From Octopus sinensis (taxonomy: Eukaryota), in assembly GCF_006345805.1 (NCBI RefSeq), contig NC_042999.1, positions 21,142,001 through 21,206,000 of the forward strand: a DNA stretch of 64,000 bases, given 5' to 3'. The notes below the pieces were generated by a model. It had not been told where the DNA came from. It did not search any database and was given only the letters and a program-made list of their open reading frames with translations. Within the stretch, counting starts at the first letter, position 1. The number at the start of each line of letters is the position of its first letter. The translations under genes and the position numbers were made by a program. This document shows positions 1 to 13,448 of this stretch, piece by piece.

Positions 1-2324
1 ACAATCAATTTTTAAAAATTAATAAGCTAACACCATATGCTGAAGGTGACGCGTTAAGCCTTTTCAAAAGGAAGAAATAGTTGATCATATCGGTCCCAGT
101 GCTCAACTTGTATTTATGTTCTCGACTTCAAAGTATAAACGACAATTTTTTACCTCAGAAGACTCAAAGCAAAAAATCGTGCAGGAAATTACTTTTGAGG
201 ACCTAACGTGTTTAAGGTGCCAAATCGCCAACCTAAAGACAAATTGCATTTAACAGCTGGATAGTATAGAGTCCTGAGAACAAACACGAATTATGACACA
301 AAGTAGCTTAATTGAAGTGATTAAGAAAGCGAAATCAACAAAGATAGCAGATACATGAATAAAATGTCAAGAGTATAAATAAGATACATCAGAACATTTG
401 CATAAAATCCCACTAAAACTTTACAAATTTGTCAAATGCTAAGTTAATGTATTCTCGTTAAGAATAACAAATAACGCAGACGTAATAAAGTTTTGTCAAG
501 CAGACCAGAAGAAAAATTGTTACTTTACATTTACGTTACTCTCAAAAAGTTATGTGAAGAAATTTGATAAATTTGCTAAAGAGCAAAAGCCCATCCTAAG
601 AAATTTTGAAGTCGTTCGTCGCAAAACTTATTTTATAATAATAGACATCAGATCAGTAATAGTACTTCCCTCCAAAATGAAGACAATTGATGATAACCTG
701 CGTTTTTCTTATTCTGTACTATAATTTATGCCAATAAGAGGGCTACGTTAACACGCACACACAGGACTTAAAGTTTCTATATCAACGATATGATTATCAC
801 TGCAATTTTTCAGCTGTTGCTAATCCGGTGCACTTAGAACTGTCAATTACAAAACCGAAAAACCCCCAGCAATGGTGAGAAGCAAAATGCAAAAAAATCT
901 GCAAGGGAAACAATTCATTGTGGCTTGATTGCCAGAACGTAGTAAAAAAAATACTAGTAATTGTAGGTTGAAATAGTTATAAGACAAGAAATTAAAGGAT
1001 ATTGAAAAAAATACAATAGTATATAAACGAATAAATAAATACATAATCGAATGAACAAAGGATATGTCGCACATCCTCTTATGAACAAAACATGGAAAGT
1101 AGGAATAGAGTTAAAAATATTACAAATCTGTGAACCTAAAGTTAGTTATCAAAAATCAACTTAAACACAAACATTTCCGAGCAATCTTTAGGCTTACAGG
1201 TTTCAAAAGTACAAAATATGAAATGATATTTTTTTTATTTTTTATTTTAATTAAGATTAATATGGTATTGAAAATTTTGAAAATTACGAAGAGAAAAGTA
1301 AATAGAATTAGAGCTGAAACTAAAATTTTGAAGAAAAATTATTATCAGTCATAAATAGGATTGAAAATAGAAATTGAGAAACAAAAATGAAATGAAAATA
1401 TCATTAGTTAAATGAATTAAAATATATTTAACAAATGAAACAACAAAAATTAAGAGAAAACAACTGAGGATTAAAAATTTTTTTTAAATAAAAAGAAAAA
1501 TTAAAAGATCAAAAATCTAAAATGAAATAATTAAAAATAATTCAAAATTGATTTAATTAAAAATTAATGAATAAAAGTTGAAAAAATTGAAAAATTCAAC
1601 TTTAAATATAAATTTAAATTGTATTTTTTAAATTTTATTTTTATGTTGAATCTTACTTTCAGTTCAAATTCTATTTACTTTCACTTGTTAGTTTTTTAAG
1701 TACCCTGTTATATTTCATTTAAGCGTTTAATTTTAAGTAAATTTTGAAACATTTTATTCTAAAGGTTTCTCAGGTTTATTTTTTTTTTGATATTCTTAGA
1801 ATTTAACCTTTAGTTGTAAGATTTATAATAATATTTCAACCACACTTAATGCCTTCATATTTTATTCTTATATAAGATATTCAAGGTTTGGTCGCAAATT
1901 TTTATATGTACTAAATATATGATCTAATTTTTTTACTTTATATTTATTTCAACCAACACATAAGAGAGTTTTTACAAATTTCTCGCAAACAGCACGTGAA
2001 ACATTGTTTCCCCTTCTACGATATAATACCCAGGGGAGACATTATTACCATCACTGGTGCAGCGTCTTTATCTCTTTGTTAGCAATTGGTGTTCCTAGTT
2101 GCATCGGAATAGCAGCAACCAAAAAACAATGCAGTGATGATGGTATTGTTGAATAGAAACTTGAAGTTCTGTAGGTGAGTCTATATACTTGCATCATTCA
2201 GTATATGTAGTCAGATATTTCCAACGTATTTGAGGTCTAAGTCACGGATCAACGTGCACACCAACAGTGGTTGTCAAGTGGATGTGGAGGACATACAACG
2301 ACACACATTATATATACACACACA

Positions 2325-2917
<593 letters not shown>

Positions 2918-2956
2918 CGTGGCTTCTTTCCGTCTTCGTCTTCCAAATCTAAGCAC

Positions 2957-3560
2957 AGATCTTTACCTTTTGACCTACAGACTTAAAAATAAAAATAATT
3001 TTTTGAAATTAAACACTTTCAAACTTCGTATACTGGTAGAATGTGTCATATAAAATACCTTACTATTAACATTTTTGAGAAAAACTTATATTTACGAAGT
3101 TATTTCACGTTAAAGTTATCCTTTTTCGGTAATTTCAACCAATCAATGACGTGTATTCAGCTGAATAAAATTACTGCTGTTTGTCAACAAGAACTTCCGG
3201 CGGTGTATATTTCGTTTGTCACTGTTATTTATGACAACCCTAGCCCTAAACCCTTAAAACCAGTACAAACGCACGAACGATGTCATAAATAACAGTGACA
3301 AACGAAATATACACTGCAGATTGTTCTGGTTGACAAACAACGGCAGCAATTTTATTCAGCAGAATACACGTCATTGATTGGGTGAAATTACCGAAATGCG
3401 AGAACTTTAACGTGAAGTTACTTCGTAAGTATGAGCTTTTCTCAAAAACGCTAAAAGTAAAAGATATTTTATATGACACATTCTACCAGTGCCCGAAGTT
3501 TGAAAGTATTTTGCTACCAAAAATTATTTTTTAAATCTGTCGGTCAAAAGTAAAAGATCC
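2957..3560. mobile_element. Fold-back MITE (~600 bp, ~280-bp inverted arms, (A/G)GATC termini)
   Basis: Left end agatctttaccttttgacc, right end ggtcaaaagtaaaagatcc; arms meet at tgttatttatgaca (3223-3236) / tgtcataaataaca (3281-3294) around a ~45-bp spacer. Confidence 0.9.
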
Positions 3561-3670
3561 GGCTCTGGTCGGCCTGAGACTATGGTACAAGACACTTGCC
3601 CAAGGTACCGTGCAATGGGACTGAACTGGAACCATGCAGTTGGGAGGTAAATTTCTTACTAGAGACCCAC
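3561..3670 (-). mobile_element. SINE family B, 5' fragment
   Basis: Reverse complement of the family-B head (ggttcagtcccactgcgtggcaccttgggcaagtgtc), diverged. Confidence 0.7.
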
Positions 3671-4387
3671 ACATGTAAGTTCACATACGGAGATAAATTG
3701 TAGGGTCATATACGTATGTATATACGTGTAACGGTTGCATACGATATTTTGACGTTCAAATGATCATTAACTATGTGTCGTGTTTCATTTTTTTCTTAAT
3801 CATTAAAAAGACGCAGGTGTAAATTAGAATCTTAGATTCGCTTCAGGTAGAACATTCGGCAAACACTTAAAATACATGTTTATTTGACGTCGAATTAGAA
3901 ATAATTGTAAATAAGAAACATACAGCAGAGTTGAAATATAAGTATCCATTCTTTCTCTTTGAGAAAGAATACGAATTGGGAAAGTAAGTGCCTAAGCACA
4001 GATATGCGTTACCTGTATACGCATACACCCCCACATATAGAAACACAAATACGACCTCGCATACACTCTAGTGAGTATATATGTATGTATTATAGACGTT
4101 GTGTGTGTATAGGCAGGCACACACATACGCATACATATATATACACACACAAGCATACATCCCAACGCACGCAAATGTATATACTGATATATGAATATCT
4201 TACTGAGAGACCAACTTTATATAGTGTGCACAGTAAATGTCTAAACTTTTCGAGGTGGATGAAAGACAGCTAAATATTCTTATGCATTCGGAGCTGTATT
4301 CCCATACGTACAAACACACACACACATACATATATATTGACGCATAAACAGATATATGTATATAGTTATGTATCTTCTCCCTCTCTC

Positions 4388-4418
<31 letters not shown>

Positions 4419-5401
4419 ATATATATAAAGGCACTCGTATGTGTTCATATGTGCGTGTGTATATACACGACTGTTATTTTTGTGTGTGTATATATGAACG
4501 TGTTTCTCTAAATAATATTTTCTATCAATATTTTGCCAGACAAAATGGCTGGTTAGTCTGAACATCCGGATTTGCAATATATAAATTGAAGTGCTATACG
4601 TCTTTTTTATGTATTTATTTTACTTTTCTACTTTGCGGTGGGTTTGTTATGCACACAAACCAGTCAATTCGCAAATTAGCTCACTCTTTTTTTAGATAGA
4701 TCACTAATCTTCTATTATTACTATTATCGAACAATATTCCTACTTGAAAGCTCACGAAATTTGTAGTACCACTTAGCGAAGTGTCCTGTTTTTTGTTGCT
4801 TTTATAATTCTGTTTTGTTTTCATATGCGTTTCCTTGGAATCCGACGAACTGTTGAGAAATATAAGTCGTAAACTTGTCAGCGACAACAGCTACGATAAA
4901 AACTGGAAAACAATCATATTCAACAGCTACTGAACTAGATGCAAGAAGGGAAATGGCAGCATTAACGTCCTGATACAAATCAAACCGCAGATAACGTCCA
5001 ACACTTGTAAATGATAGACGTACCGTCAAACATCTCAGCCTATTCTACGACTACTTGTGTCGCTTCATCTCCTTAGGGTTAACTAATCTCATGACTCCTC
5101 CAATTGTGCATTCTCGACTCTAATATTTTCTTTTCTTGATATTCATTGTAACAACCGCTAAACGCGATACTAAATATTATCCAAGTTTCTCTGTTTAAGA
5201 AACGCTGTTCATTTTTAATTCATTCCCTGTCCAACTTACTCTACAGTTATCAATGATCCAGGTTTATACGTTCGATTATCGGTATTATCACTTCCTATGG
5301 AGGAACCGGAAAAGATTCAATAATTAAACAGAATTGCGTGAAAATCTATGATGCCGAGGAGATATAAAACCAAAGTTTAATTATATTTTATGTAATAAGT
5401 T

Positions 5402-5730
5402 AGTGGCTGTGTTGTAAGTAGCTTGCTTACCAACCACATGGTTCCGAGTTTAGTCCCACTGCGTGGCACCTTGGGCAAGTGTCTACTACTATAGCCTCGG
5501 GCCGACCAAATCTCGTCGTATATATATGCGTGTGTGTGTGTCCAAAATCGTTTGACAACCGATGCTGATGTGTTTACGTCCTCGTCATTTAATGGTTCGT
5601 CAAGAGAGACCGATAGAATAAGTACTAGGCTTACAAAGAATAAGTCCTGGGGTCGATTTTCTCGACTAAAGGCGGTGCTCCTGCATGGCGGTAGTCAAAT
5701 GACTGAAGCGATTAAAAGAATAAAAGAATA
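5402..5730 (+). mobile_element. tRNA-derived SINE family B (internal AT/GT microsatellite)
   Basis: gtggctgtgttgtaagtagc...gagtttagtcccactgcgtggcaccttgggcaag...gtcaaatgactgaagcgattaaaag; homologous to 55166-55583. Confidence 0.9.
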
Positions 5731-6738
5731 TATGTGTGCGTGTGTATGCACGTGTGTTTATGCGTGTATGTACGTATGTATGTCAGTCGTTCTTAGCGTC
5801 AGCGATAACATGTAACCCAGGCCAGTCTGCACCATGGTCGTGTCTACGGGGACTGAACCGGCAAAAATCACCGAACTTACTTGATGTTGATGAGGAGGTG
5901 AGTTTTGGACGTCCTGCTGTACGAGAAACAAAACCTGTCGAAGGGAGGAGAATCTCATGAGAGTCACCAGATATTAAAAATGTTTACATTTGTTAATATC
6001 TATAGTACGGGTGCGTATGTCCAATAGGACTTGTGTCGCAGTAACAGTCACCGTGAGTATATTTGAGACAACATTCCCCAAAAAGCAAATTTGGGAGCAG
6101 TCTACTTAACTATGTAGTACTCCTTCCTTTGTTCCGCAAAATCTGCAGGATTATGGTCATTTAAGCCAGGCACCTAAACTTGATTTGCGACCTGGTTAGG
6201 AACTGACATATGGTGCACCATTCACCACCATGCGCAATGCTTTCTAGGTGGAGAGAGTGCGTTTTGTGAAGCAGAAGTAAAAGCCATTATAATCCAAACC
6301 TTTAGTGCATGTCGTTCAGTAACATAAGCACAAAAACTAAAAGGGAAAGAGAAAGCGATGAAGTGATAATGACGGAGACTGGTGGCAAATACCACCAGGG
6401 TTCTCCAGCTGGAGATTTGCACATATGGTGGCAAAAAGTAGATGGCTATTCTGGGAAAAAATTGTAAGCAATTTAATATTTCAAATCATCTTCATAAACT
6501 ACAAAGCAGCATTTTTAAGATGACGCTGCTTTCCCTTGTATGAAATGGGATCTAGAAATGTTCTCCTAAAATCGATTGCTCAATCTTACTATAAATGACT
6601 GGATGTTCAACTGTGCTATAAAAAAAGAAAATACACGGAAGGAAACAAAATTTTAAAATATCAAATATTTCTCTAGCAGCATAGAATATACGTATATTTC
6701 AAACCATAAGAAACATCCGGAATGATAAACAGAGCCTA

Positions 6739-8100
6739 TTGCTCATGGTTCTAAACGCCAAAAATATCGATATTACATCACTCTCAAATAGATGTAGGAA
6801 GCTGAAGGAATTAGCTGGTTGTTATAAATTTATCTGGATTGGTAAATCTGAGACAGAGATAAGGCGAATGAACAAACTTGACTCTTGTAATGACCAGTTT
6901 ATGAAACTTATGATTCCAGTTAGCTCTCACAGATACGTTACATTTACAAGGGTACTAGCAGCATAGCCCGGCGTTGCCCGGGTATGTAAGAGCCCTAGTA
7001 GGCAACGACTAATCCCAATTTAGTCCTTTCCCTCAAGGGAACGAAGGCGCATGTGTAGGTTGCAATGTCTTCTCTTCACTCGAATACTTCTGTGTATACA
7101 ATGTTCCTAGCTGTCCCTTTGGGCGAAAACATGAAAACATAATTGTGCCTCCCAACGCGTGAACAGCCCACGTACAGCCCAGAAAATGTGTTGCATATAA
7201 AAAGCTTAGATTCTCAACCCCATGTCGAATTTATCGATTCTTTCAGAAATGGGGGTACTTTTCAAAATTTTCGCTGCGTTAGTTTTGAATTATGACATTG
7301 GACTATGTGTGTGTCAAGTTCCATCAGAATTGGTTGAAAGCCGTGGTCAGGGTGAGGGTACAACCTGACAGACACACAGACAGACAGACAGACAAACTGG
7401 CGTTTATATAGAGAGAGATATGCTCAAAGATGAAATTCTACAGACACATCCAAGAATATGTTTAATTCTGATTTGAAGGAATTACTGAACAGCGATCTAT
7501 GCAATGACAAGATCGTTCTAATGGAAGGCTTTAATCCTCATGTGGGCTGAGCCTGAAAATGTATTGCTATGACATTACTAGCAGACATAAAATTAATAAA
7601 ATAAAATCAGATAGGTTCTTGGTCCTTTCCTTTTGCAATGCATTTGAACTGTTGTATACAATATGCTCTATAAACCATCAATTAGATATAAATATTAAAA
7701 AAAACACTTGGAGACTTCTTAGGTACCAGTATAGCATAAAATCGATTATGACATTGTGCGAAGCTGTTATGAGACTGTCGTAATTATAACACGATCATTT
7801 TCAAATAACAGAGTGTTGCTCTTATAATGCTTTCATATTTTGTAATATTAATTTTAAAACATAATCGGAAACAATTTCCAACGTAGTTAGATATTCCAAA
7901 GCTCAAAACCGGCACAGCCAAAACCATATCCTCCCTTTCTCTCATTATGGAAAGCTGCAGGCTTACCAATATGAAAGAAAATGTAAGAAAATCACGGTGT
8001 CACTTAAGAGGCATCTTGACTGGTTCTTGGATTTTGTCACCGAAAACATCAAGACTGGTTTGTGGAAAATGATTGAGCTATTGATATAGAGCTGCAGAGA
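6739..8100 (+). mobile_element. Decayed RTE-clade LINE, AP-endonuclease region, interrupted by a Helitron
   Basis: Fragments YKFIWIG; RVYAQ (restored on removing the Helitron); KIVLMEGFNPHVG (cf. ILMGDFNARVG); LVLSFCNAFEL...KKNTW; LGFCHRKHQDWFVEND (cf. RKHQDWFDEN). Many stops and frameshifts. Confidence 0.75.
6955..7418 (-). mobile_element. Non-autonomous Helitron retaining the RepHel C-terminus
   Basis: Minus strand A|TCTCTCTCTATATA...CCCGGGCAACGCCGGG hairpin...CTAG|T; 7076-7186 encodes FSGLYVGCSRVGRHNYVFMFSPKGTARNIVYTEVFE* (cf. FSHGQLYVACSRV...KNIVYxEV). Confidence 0.9.
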
Positions 8101-8121
8101 TATGATTATATATGAATGAAA

Positions 8122-8162
<41 letters not shown>

Positions 8163-8476
8163 TATCCACATCTTAATATTAGATCGATATTTAAATATTT
8201 CGGATATATTTACATATATTAGCAATATATGTTTTGCAATATCCTAAAGCTCAAGCAAAGCAGGATTGCACAGCCCCTTCAGTAACACGATATACGTGTT
8301 GAATATTTCGTGGTGCGTCTCAATGTTATTATTGGGATTTAAGAAATGAACTATAACAATGAATTTCTACTCTGTTGCAAATATTTTCAAAACATGCAAT
8401 TGAAATCGTGCCATAATATTAATACAGAAACAACGCCGGTGACAGAATATCTAGCCGAACTACAGACAAAGCTTCT

Positions 8477-9078
8477 GAATCATTTCCTTTTGACCTCCAG
8501 ATTTTAAAAAATAATTTTTTGTTACTAAACATTTTCAAACTTCGGACACAGGTAGAATGTGTCATATAAAACATCTTTTACTCTTAGCATTTTTGAGAAA
8601 AACTTATATTTACGAAGTAATTTCAGGTCAAAGCAAAGTCGTCCTATTTCGGTAATTTCAACCAATCAATGACGTGTATTCAGTTGAATAAAGTTACTGC
8701 TGTTGTTTGTCAAAAAGAACTTCCAGCGGTGTATATTTCGTTTGTCACTGTTATTTATGACATCGTTCGTGAGTTTGTACTGGTTTTGTGGCTAGGGTTT
8801 TAGGGTTGTCATAAATAATAGTGACAAACGAAATATACACCACCGGAAATTCTTTTGACAAACAACAACAGTAATTTTATTCAGCTGAATACACGTCATT
8901 GATTGGTTATAATTACCGAAATAGGATAACTTTAACGTGAAATAACTTCGTAAATATAAGTTTTTTCTCAAAAATGCTAAGAGTAAAAGATATTTTATAT
9001 GACACCTTCTACCAGTGCCCGAAGTTTGAAAGTATTTAGCTACAAAAAATTATTTTTTAAATCTGTCGGTAAAGATCC
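8477..9078. mobile_element. Fold-back MITE, same family as 2957-3560, opposite spacer orientation
   Basis: Long inverted arms ending ...ctgtcggtaaagatcc; spacer tcgttcgtgagtttgtactggttttgtggctagggttttagggt resembles the reverse complement of the spacer in the first copy. Confidence 0.9.
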
Positions 9079-9227
9079 AAGTTTGTTATTAACATAAATA
9101 CAAAAGACGTTAATGCTACATCCTTACCTTATCCATAACGCCAGACATCCTTCAATTACGACATTGCAACGACATAATACTAGGTTTATCATTCAGCTCA
9201 CCACAACATATCTGCAATATTGTTTAA

Positions 9228-9448
9228 TTCTTTATTGCCCACAAGGGGCTAAACATAGATGGGACAAACAATGACTGACAAAGGGACTAAGTCTATTACA
9301 TCGACCCAGTGCGTAACTGGTACTTATTTAATCGAGCCCGAAAGGATGAAAGGCAAAATCGACCACGGCGGAATTTGAACTCAGAACGTGGTGGCGGACG
9401 AAATACCGCTAAGCATTTTGCCTGGCGTGATTCTGCCAGATCGCCGCC
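9228..9448 (-). mobile_element. tRNA-derived SINE family A (Meta-domain-like core), long-tail monomer
   Basis: Diverged reverse complement of ggcgagctggcagaa...gagttcaaattccgcc...ttcatcctttcggggtcgat...gccccttgtgggcaataaagaa. Confidence 0.9.
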
Positions 9449-9727
9449 CTGTACCTGCAATATTATTCATAGTCTAATCGTGTATAATTTGTCGGTGAAC
9501 CAACAAATTATACACGAAAAGAATCAGACGTATCTGTCTCGATCTGGTTTCATATCCAGAACAAATCAAACAGTGGACACAGTGAGAGCTTTATGACGAC
9601 ACTAGAGTAAATTATTACACTTTTGTAAAATATGTTCCAAATAATTTAATGAATATCCCACAAAAGCAGAGAGGATCGTGGTTGGAAAACCACATACATA
9701 CATATACGAGTCATGGAGCGAGCGAAT

Positions 9728-10270
9728 ACCTGTCTGTCTGTCTGACTGCCTGCCTGCACCGAACTGTGTCTGACTGCCTGCCTGCACCGAACTGTGTCTG
9801 CCTGCCTGTCTGTGCCGGACTGCCGGTCTGTCTGCCTGTCAGTGTGTCTGTGCGTGTCTGTGCTTGTCTGCGTGTCTGTGCGTGTCTGTGCCTGTCTGCG
9901 CTTGTCTGTGCCTGTCTGCGCTTGTCTGTGCCTGTCTGCGCTTGTCTGTGCCAGTGTCTGCGTGTCTGCGTGTCTGCGTGTCTGCGTGTCTGCGTGTCTG
10001 CGTGTCTGCCTGTGCCTGTCTGCGTGCCTGTGCCTGTCTGCGTGTCTGTGCCTGTCTGCGTGCCTGTGCCTGTCTGCGTGCCTGTGCCTGTCTGCGTGCC
10101 TGCGCGTCTGTGCCTGTCTGTCTGCGTGCCTGTGCCTGTCTCTGTGCATGTCTCTGTGCATGTCTCTGTGCATGTCTCTGTGCATGTCTCTGTGCATGTC
10201 TCTGTCTGCGTGTGTCTGTCTGCGCCGGCCTGTCTGCGCCGGCCTGTCTGCGCCGGCCTCTCTGTCTGTG
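9728..10270. repeat. Compound GTCT/GTGC-based satellite with 12- and 18-bp higher-order units
   Basis: Visible units gtctgc, tctgtgcatgtc, gtctgcgtgcctgtgcct; produces long stop-free frames on both strands. Confidence 0.95.
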
Positions 10271-11109
10271 CTTGCATTAGTGTGTGTATATGCTGATGTG
10301 CGTCCCAGTTTATAAACAGAATACGAATTTAGCATCAGATTCACGGTTTAGAGGTTAATACACTCATTTGAATCCGTATTTTGACAGAATTCTCAGTTTA
10401 AATAAATTTGGAAGTTTACATACTTTTCTATGTATCTGTTTGCCTCTACATGTGTTTAAATGTAAACATCTTCATAAAACACGCAATCTTAGACGAAATC
10501 TATTTATTGCCAATTTTAGAATAGTAAAAAAAGAAAAATCAAGTTCCACATATTTTCACCTGCTGTAAAGTTAGATGAAACACAAAGTGTGATTTGAAGA
10601 AGTAAGTTAACACAGAATAAATACAATAAATTTCATCTCTACTTATAGAATTATCACAAAGTATTAAACTAATTATAAGCTACAATCTTCAACTCCCTTC
10701 GACACTTTGTAATTTATTTAGAGCATTATCAAACATATATCAATATATTGTTGCACATTGAGATTACAGTTGTTTACCGACTTTTCTGTATTTTCATTGG
10801 CAGTGTATTATCAAGCATGGAATTATTATTTGATGTTAAAGTATATATATGATAGATGTGATACATTGTATTTATTTCATTTATATCAAGCAACACGTGT
10901 TCCTTTGTTTCCGTATTTTTTCAAACAACTTACCTTCTTGTTTGAAATTTTCTACACGAACTCAGTGTAATCTACGACACGTGCTAGCAAGTCCTATAGT
11001 AGAAATTTTATTTAATTCGGTGAATAATTTAAATTTATCACGGCTATTTTGATTTTGAGTTTAATCAAAATCAAAAGGAAGTTATAACAACTTTGAAAAC
11101 AAAAATGTA

Positions 11110-11366
11110 AAATTATTTTTCGTTTTTGGATTTGGTTTGCAAGATTCTTTATATGAGTTCGTGTGTTGAAGCGTATTATGTTGTGTCTGGAGAGAGTCAT
11201 TTTCTTTTTGTGCCTTATAATGAGAATCAAGACTATTGACAAGGTTGCAAGACGCAACGAAACTTTTAGGAAAATAAAAATAAGAAATAATGGAAATTTT
11301 ACCGGTGTGTGTGTGTGTGTTAAATTGTAAGGCCCAAAAAGAAAATGAGTCTCCTCAGACACAACA
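11110..11366. mobile_element. Interspersed repeat with an internal ~43-bp inverted pair (second copy 48818-48996)
   Basis: tgttgtgtctggagagagtcattttctttttgtgccttataat versus the reverse complement of attgtaaggcccaaaaagaaaatgagtctcctcagacacaaca. Confidence 0.75.
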
Positions 11367-11642
11367 GAGTATAATTATTTATTTAATACGTTACGGTACT
11401 GAGCCTTGAAATGAGCCATATATTTACACTTTATATTTAGAATGTTATCCATATTTATGACCAGCTTACCAACTGATAACCAGACACAGTCATGATAAAC
11501 CTATCAGGAATTATGCAATACCTGTACGATAATGCTGCTTAAAAAGTAGCTGGAAAATGTAACTTATTTTAAAAGAAATCAAGTATTAAAGTCTCCATGG
11601 CTTAGAAAATCCTCTAAAACTGAAATTTTAAAATAAGTCTGG

Positions 11643-12023
11643 GGATCTTTTCGGTTTGATCGGCAGTTTTTTCTAGTGGTGTCATATGAAATTTTCACCC
11701 ATAATTATGACCCTACTATCGATCTATTGCATTTCGATCTGTTTTAGGGTTAGGGGAAAGGGTATCTTATCTTCTTCACAAATGTATATAAACCCAATCT
11801 GTTTCTTAAACGAGGGACATATTCATACGGCACAGAATATTTTTTACCTCAATAGATGTCAGTAATTGGTTGCAATTGCAGAAATATTTTACAAACTATA
11901 GAATTTTCTCAAAGCCAAGAGAAAAAGCTGTTTTATAAACACATTCTACCAGTATACGAAGTTTGAAATTTGTTAGTTACCTAGAAATTGTGTGAAAAAC
12001 TGCCATTCAAACTGAAAAGATCC
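11643..12023. mobile_element. MITE with ~28-bp GGATC TIRs
   Basis: ggatcttttcggtttgatcggcagttttt ... aaaaactgccattcaaactgaaaagatcc; homologous to 22247-22663. Confidence 0.9.
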
Positions 12024-12790
12024 AAGTTTGGTCTCTAAATGTTATTTTTTTTTCTTTTTCAGATAAACGATTAATTTTAATTGATCGTAGGCAGTTTTGA
12101 AAAAACTTAAATGCGAGATGATATCGTTTAATATATCTGTCTATTTTCCTCTTTTTCCAGCTCTGTCTATATATTTTTGATAGTTAATTCCTTTGTTATA
12201 ACCTCCACTGTTTATGTGTTCGTAGATCATAATACACAGGAATACGAAAATGAAAAAAAAAAAAACAGCTCATTTCCTATCTTTGTATAATTCTAGTTGT
12301 GTATTTATATAACGTTGTTTATCCTAAAATGTACAACATATCAACAGAAAACAAATAATTTATACGATCACATGTGTTGGAAGCAGCAATGTTTTGTCTT
12401 TTTTGTTTTTTTCCTAGCATATCCCCCTTACATTTATATAATGCATTTAAGAACAAACACCAAACATTCTGAGTTTGCATATATTTTTGAACAAAAATTA
12501 TTTTTTGAATAAACTAGTGTTGGAAATATTTGCTATACAAGACAAAATATTTTTATACACATAGTTAAAATGCAAACTAAATATATTTATATACAAAACA
12601 AAATATATGCATAAACGATTATTAGACAAAAATGTATAATCTTTAAATGCGACATTTTCAACTTTAACAATTAAAGTGCACGCTCAAAAGTAATTCTCTA
12701 TAATTCTCATACGTGTAACTAATACACACACGGGTGAAGGCTTTCCGTGTTTAAACATACACACACAGACATCCGAAATCGTGCGCGCGT

Positions 12791-12829
<39 letters not shown>

Positions 12830-13124
12830 AACACACACACACACACACACAACACACACACACACAAAAGATGCAGTTAAATTTGATGCTGAGCGGGAGA
12901 ATATTTTAGGGAATTGGGTAAGTACATGAAGGAGTATCGGAAACCAGATAGGGTTGGATGATGAGAATTTTATCTTTACCCATCTCTTCTCCTTAATCTA
13001 AATGAGATTTAAATTTTCAGGGATGTCATATGAACGAGGAGTGGAACAGGTTATCTAAAATCCATATGCTGGCATACTGGTTTTTTTAAATCACGCGTGA
13101 ATTTTATTTAAAAATTTGTATTTA

Positions 13125-13325
13125 TCCCCACCACTGCTTGAAAACGGGTATAGGTGTGTTTACGTCCCTGTAACGTAGCGATCCGACAAATGACACCGAG
13201 CGAAGAAGTACCAGGCTTAATAAAAAAAGAAAGTAGCACTGAGCTCGAATCATTTTCAAAATTCTTCAGATCAGTGCCCCAGGATGGCCACAGTCAAACG
13301 ACTTAAGCAATAATATCAAGGATAA
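13125..13325 (+). mobile_element. SINE family B, decayed 3' half
   Basis: ggtgtgtttacgtccctgtaacgtagcg...ccaggatggccacagtcaaacgact. Confidence 0.6.
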
Positions 13326-13448
13326 ACGAGATCTAACGTACGTTGATTGAATATACATTTTAATTAACCTGCAGGTAAATATTTCTTTAACTACGTTTCA
13401 ACAGGTTGATTCTGTCGTTACCTTCGTTTTGCGCATATCTTTCCCGTA

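Noticed and set aside
230-700. Possible old LINE relic (KKAK..., PLKLYKFV-like words)
   Set aside because: Too degenerate to assign.
3237-3262. Interstitial telomere
   Set aside because: Short degenerate CCCTAA run inside a MITE spacer.
7967-8091. Minus-strand segment with good splice sites and an open frame
   Set aside because: Lies antisense to the RTE relic (RKHQDWF motif); better explained as TE.
9646-10344. Five overlapping long ORFs (Cys/Val- or Arg/His/Thr-rich)
   Set aside because: All arise from a stop-free compound satellite.
11468-11547. Minus-strand segment with strong acceptor and donor
   Set aside because: Stops in all three frames; no support without RNA data.
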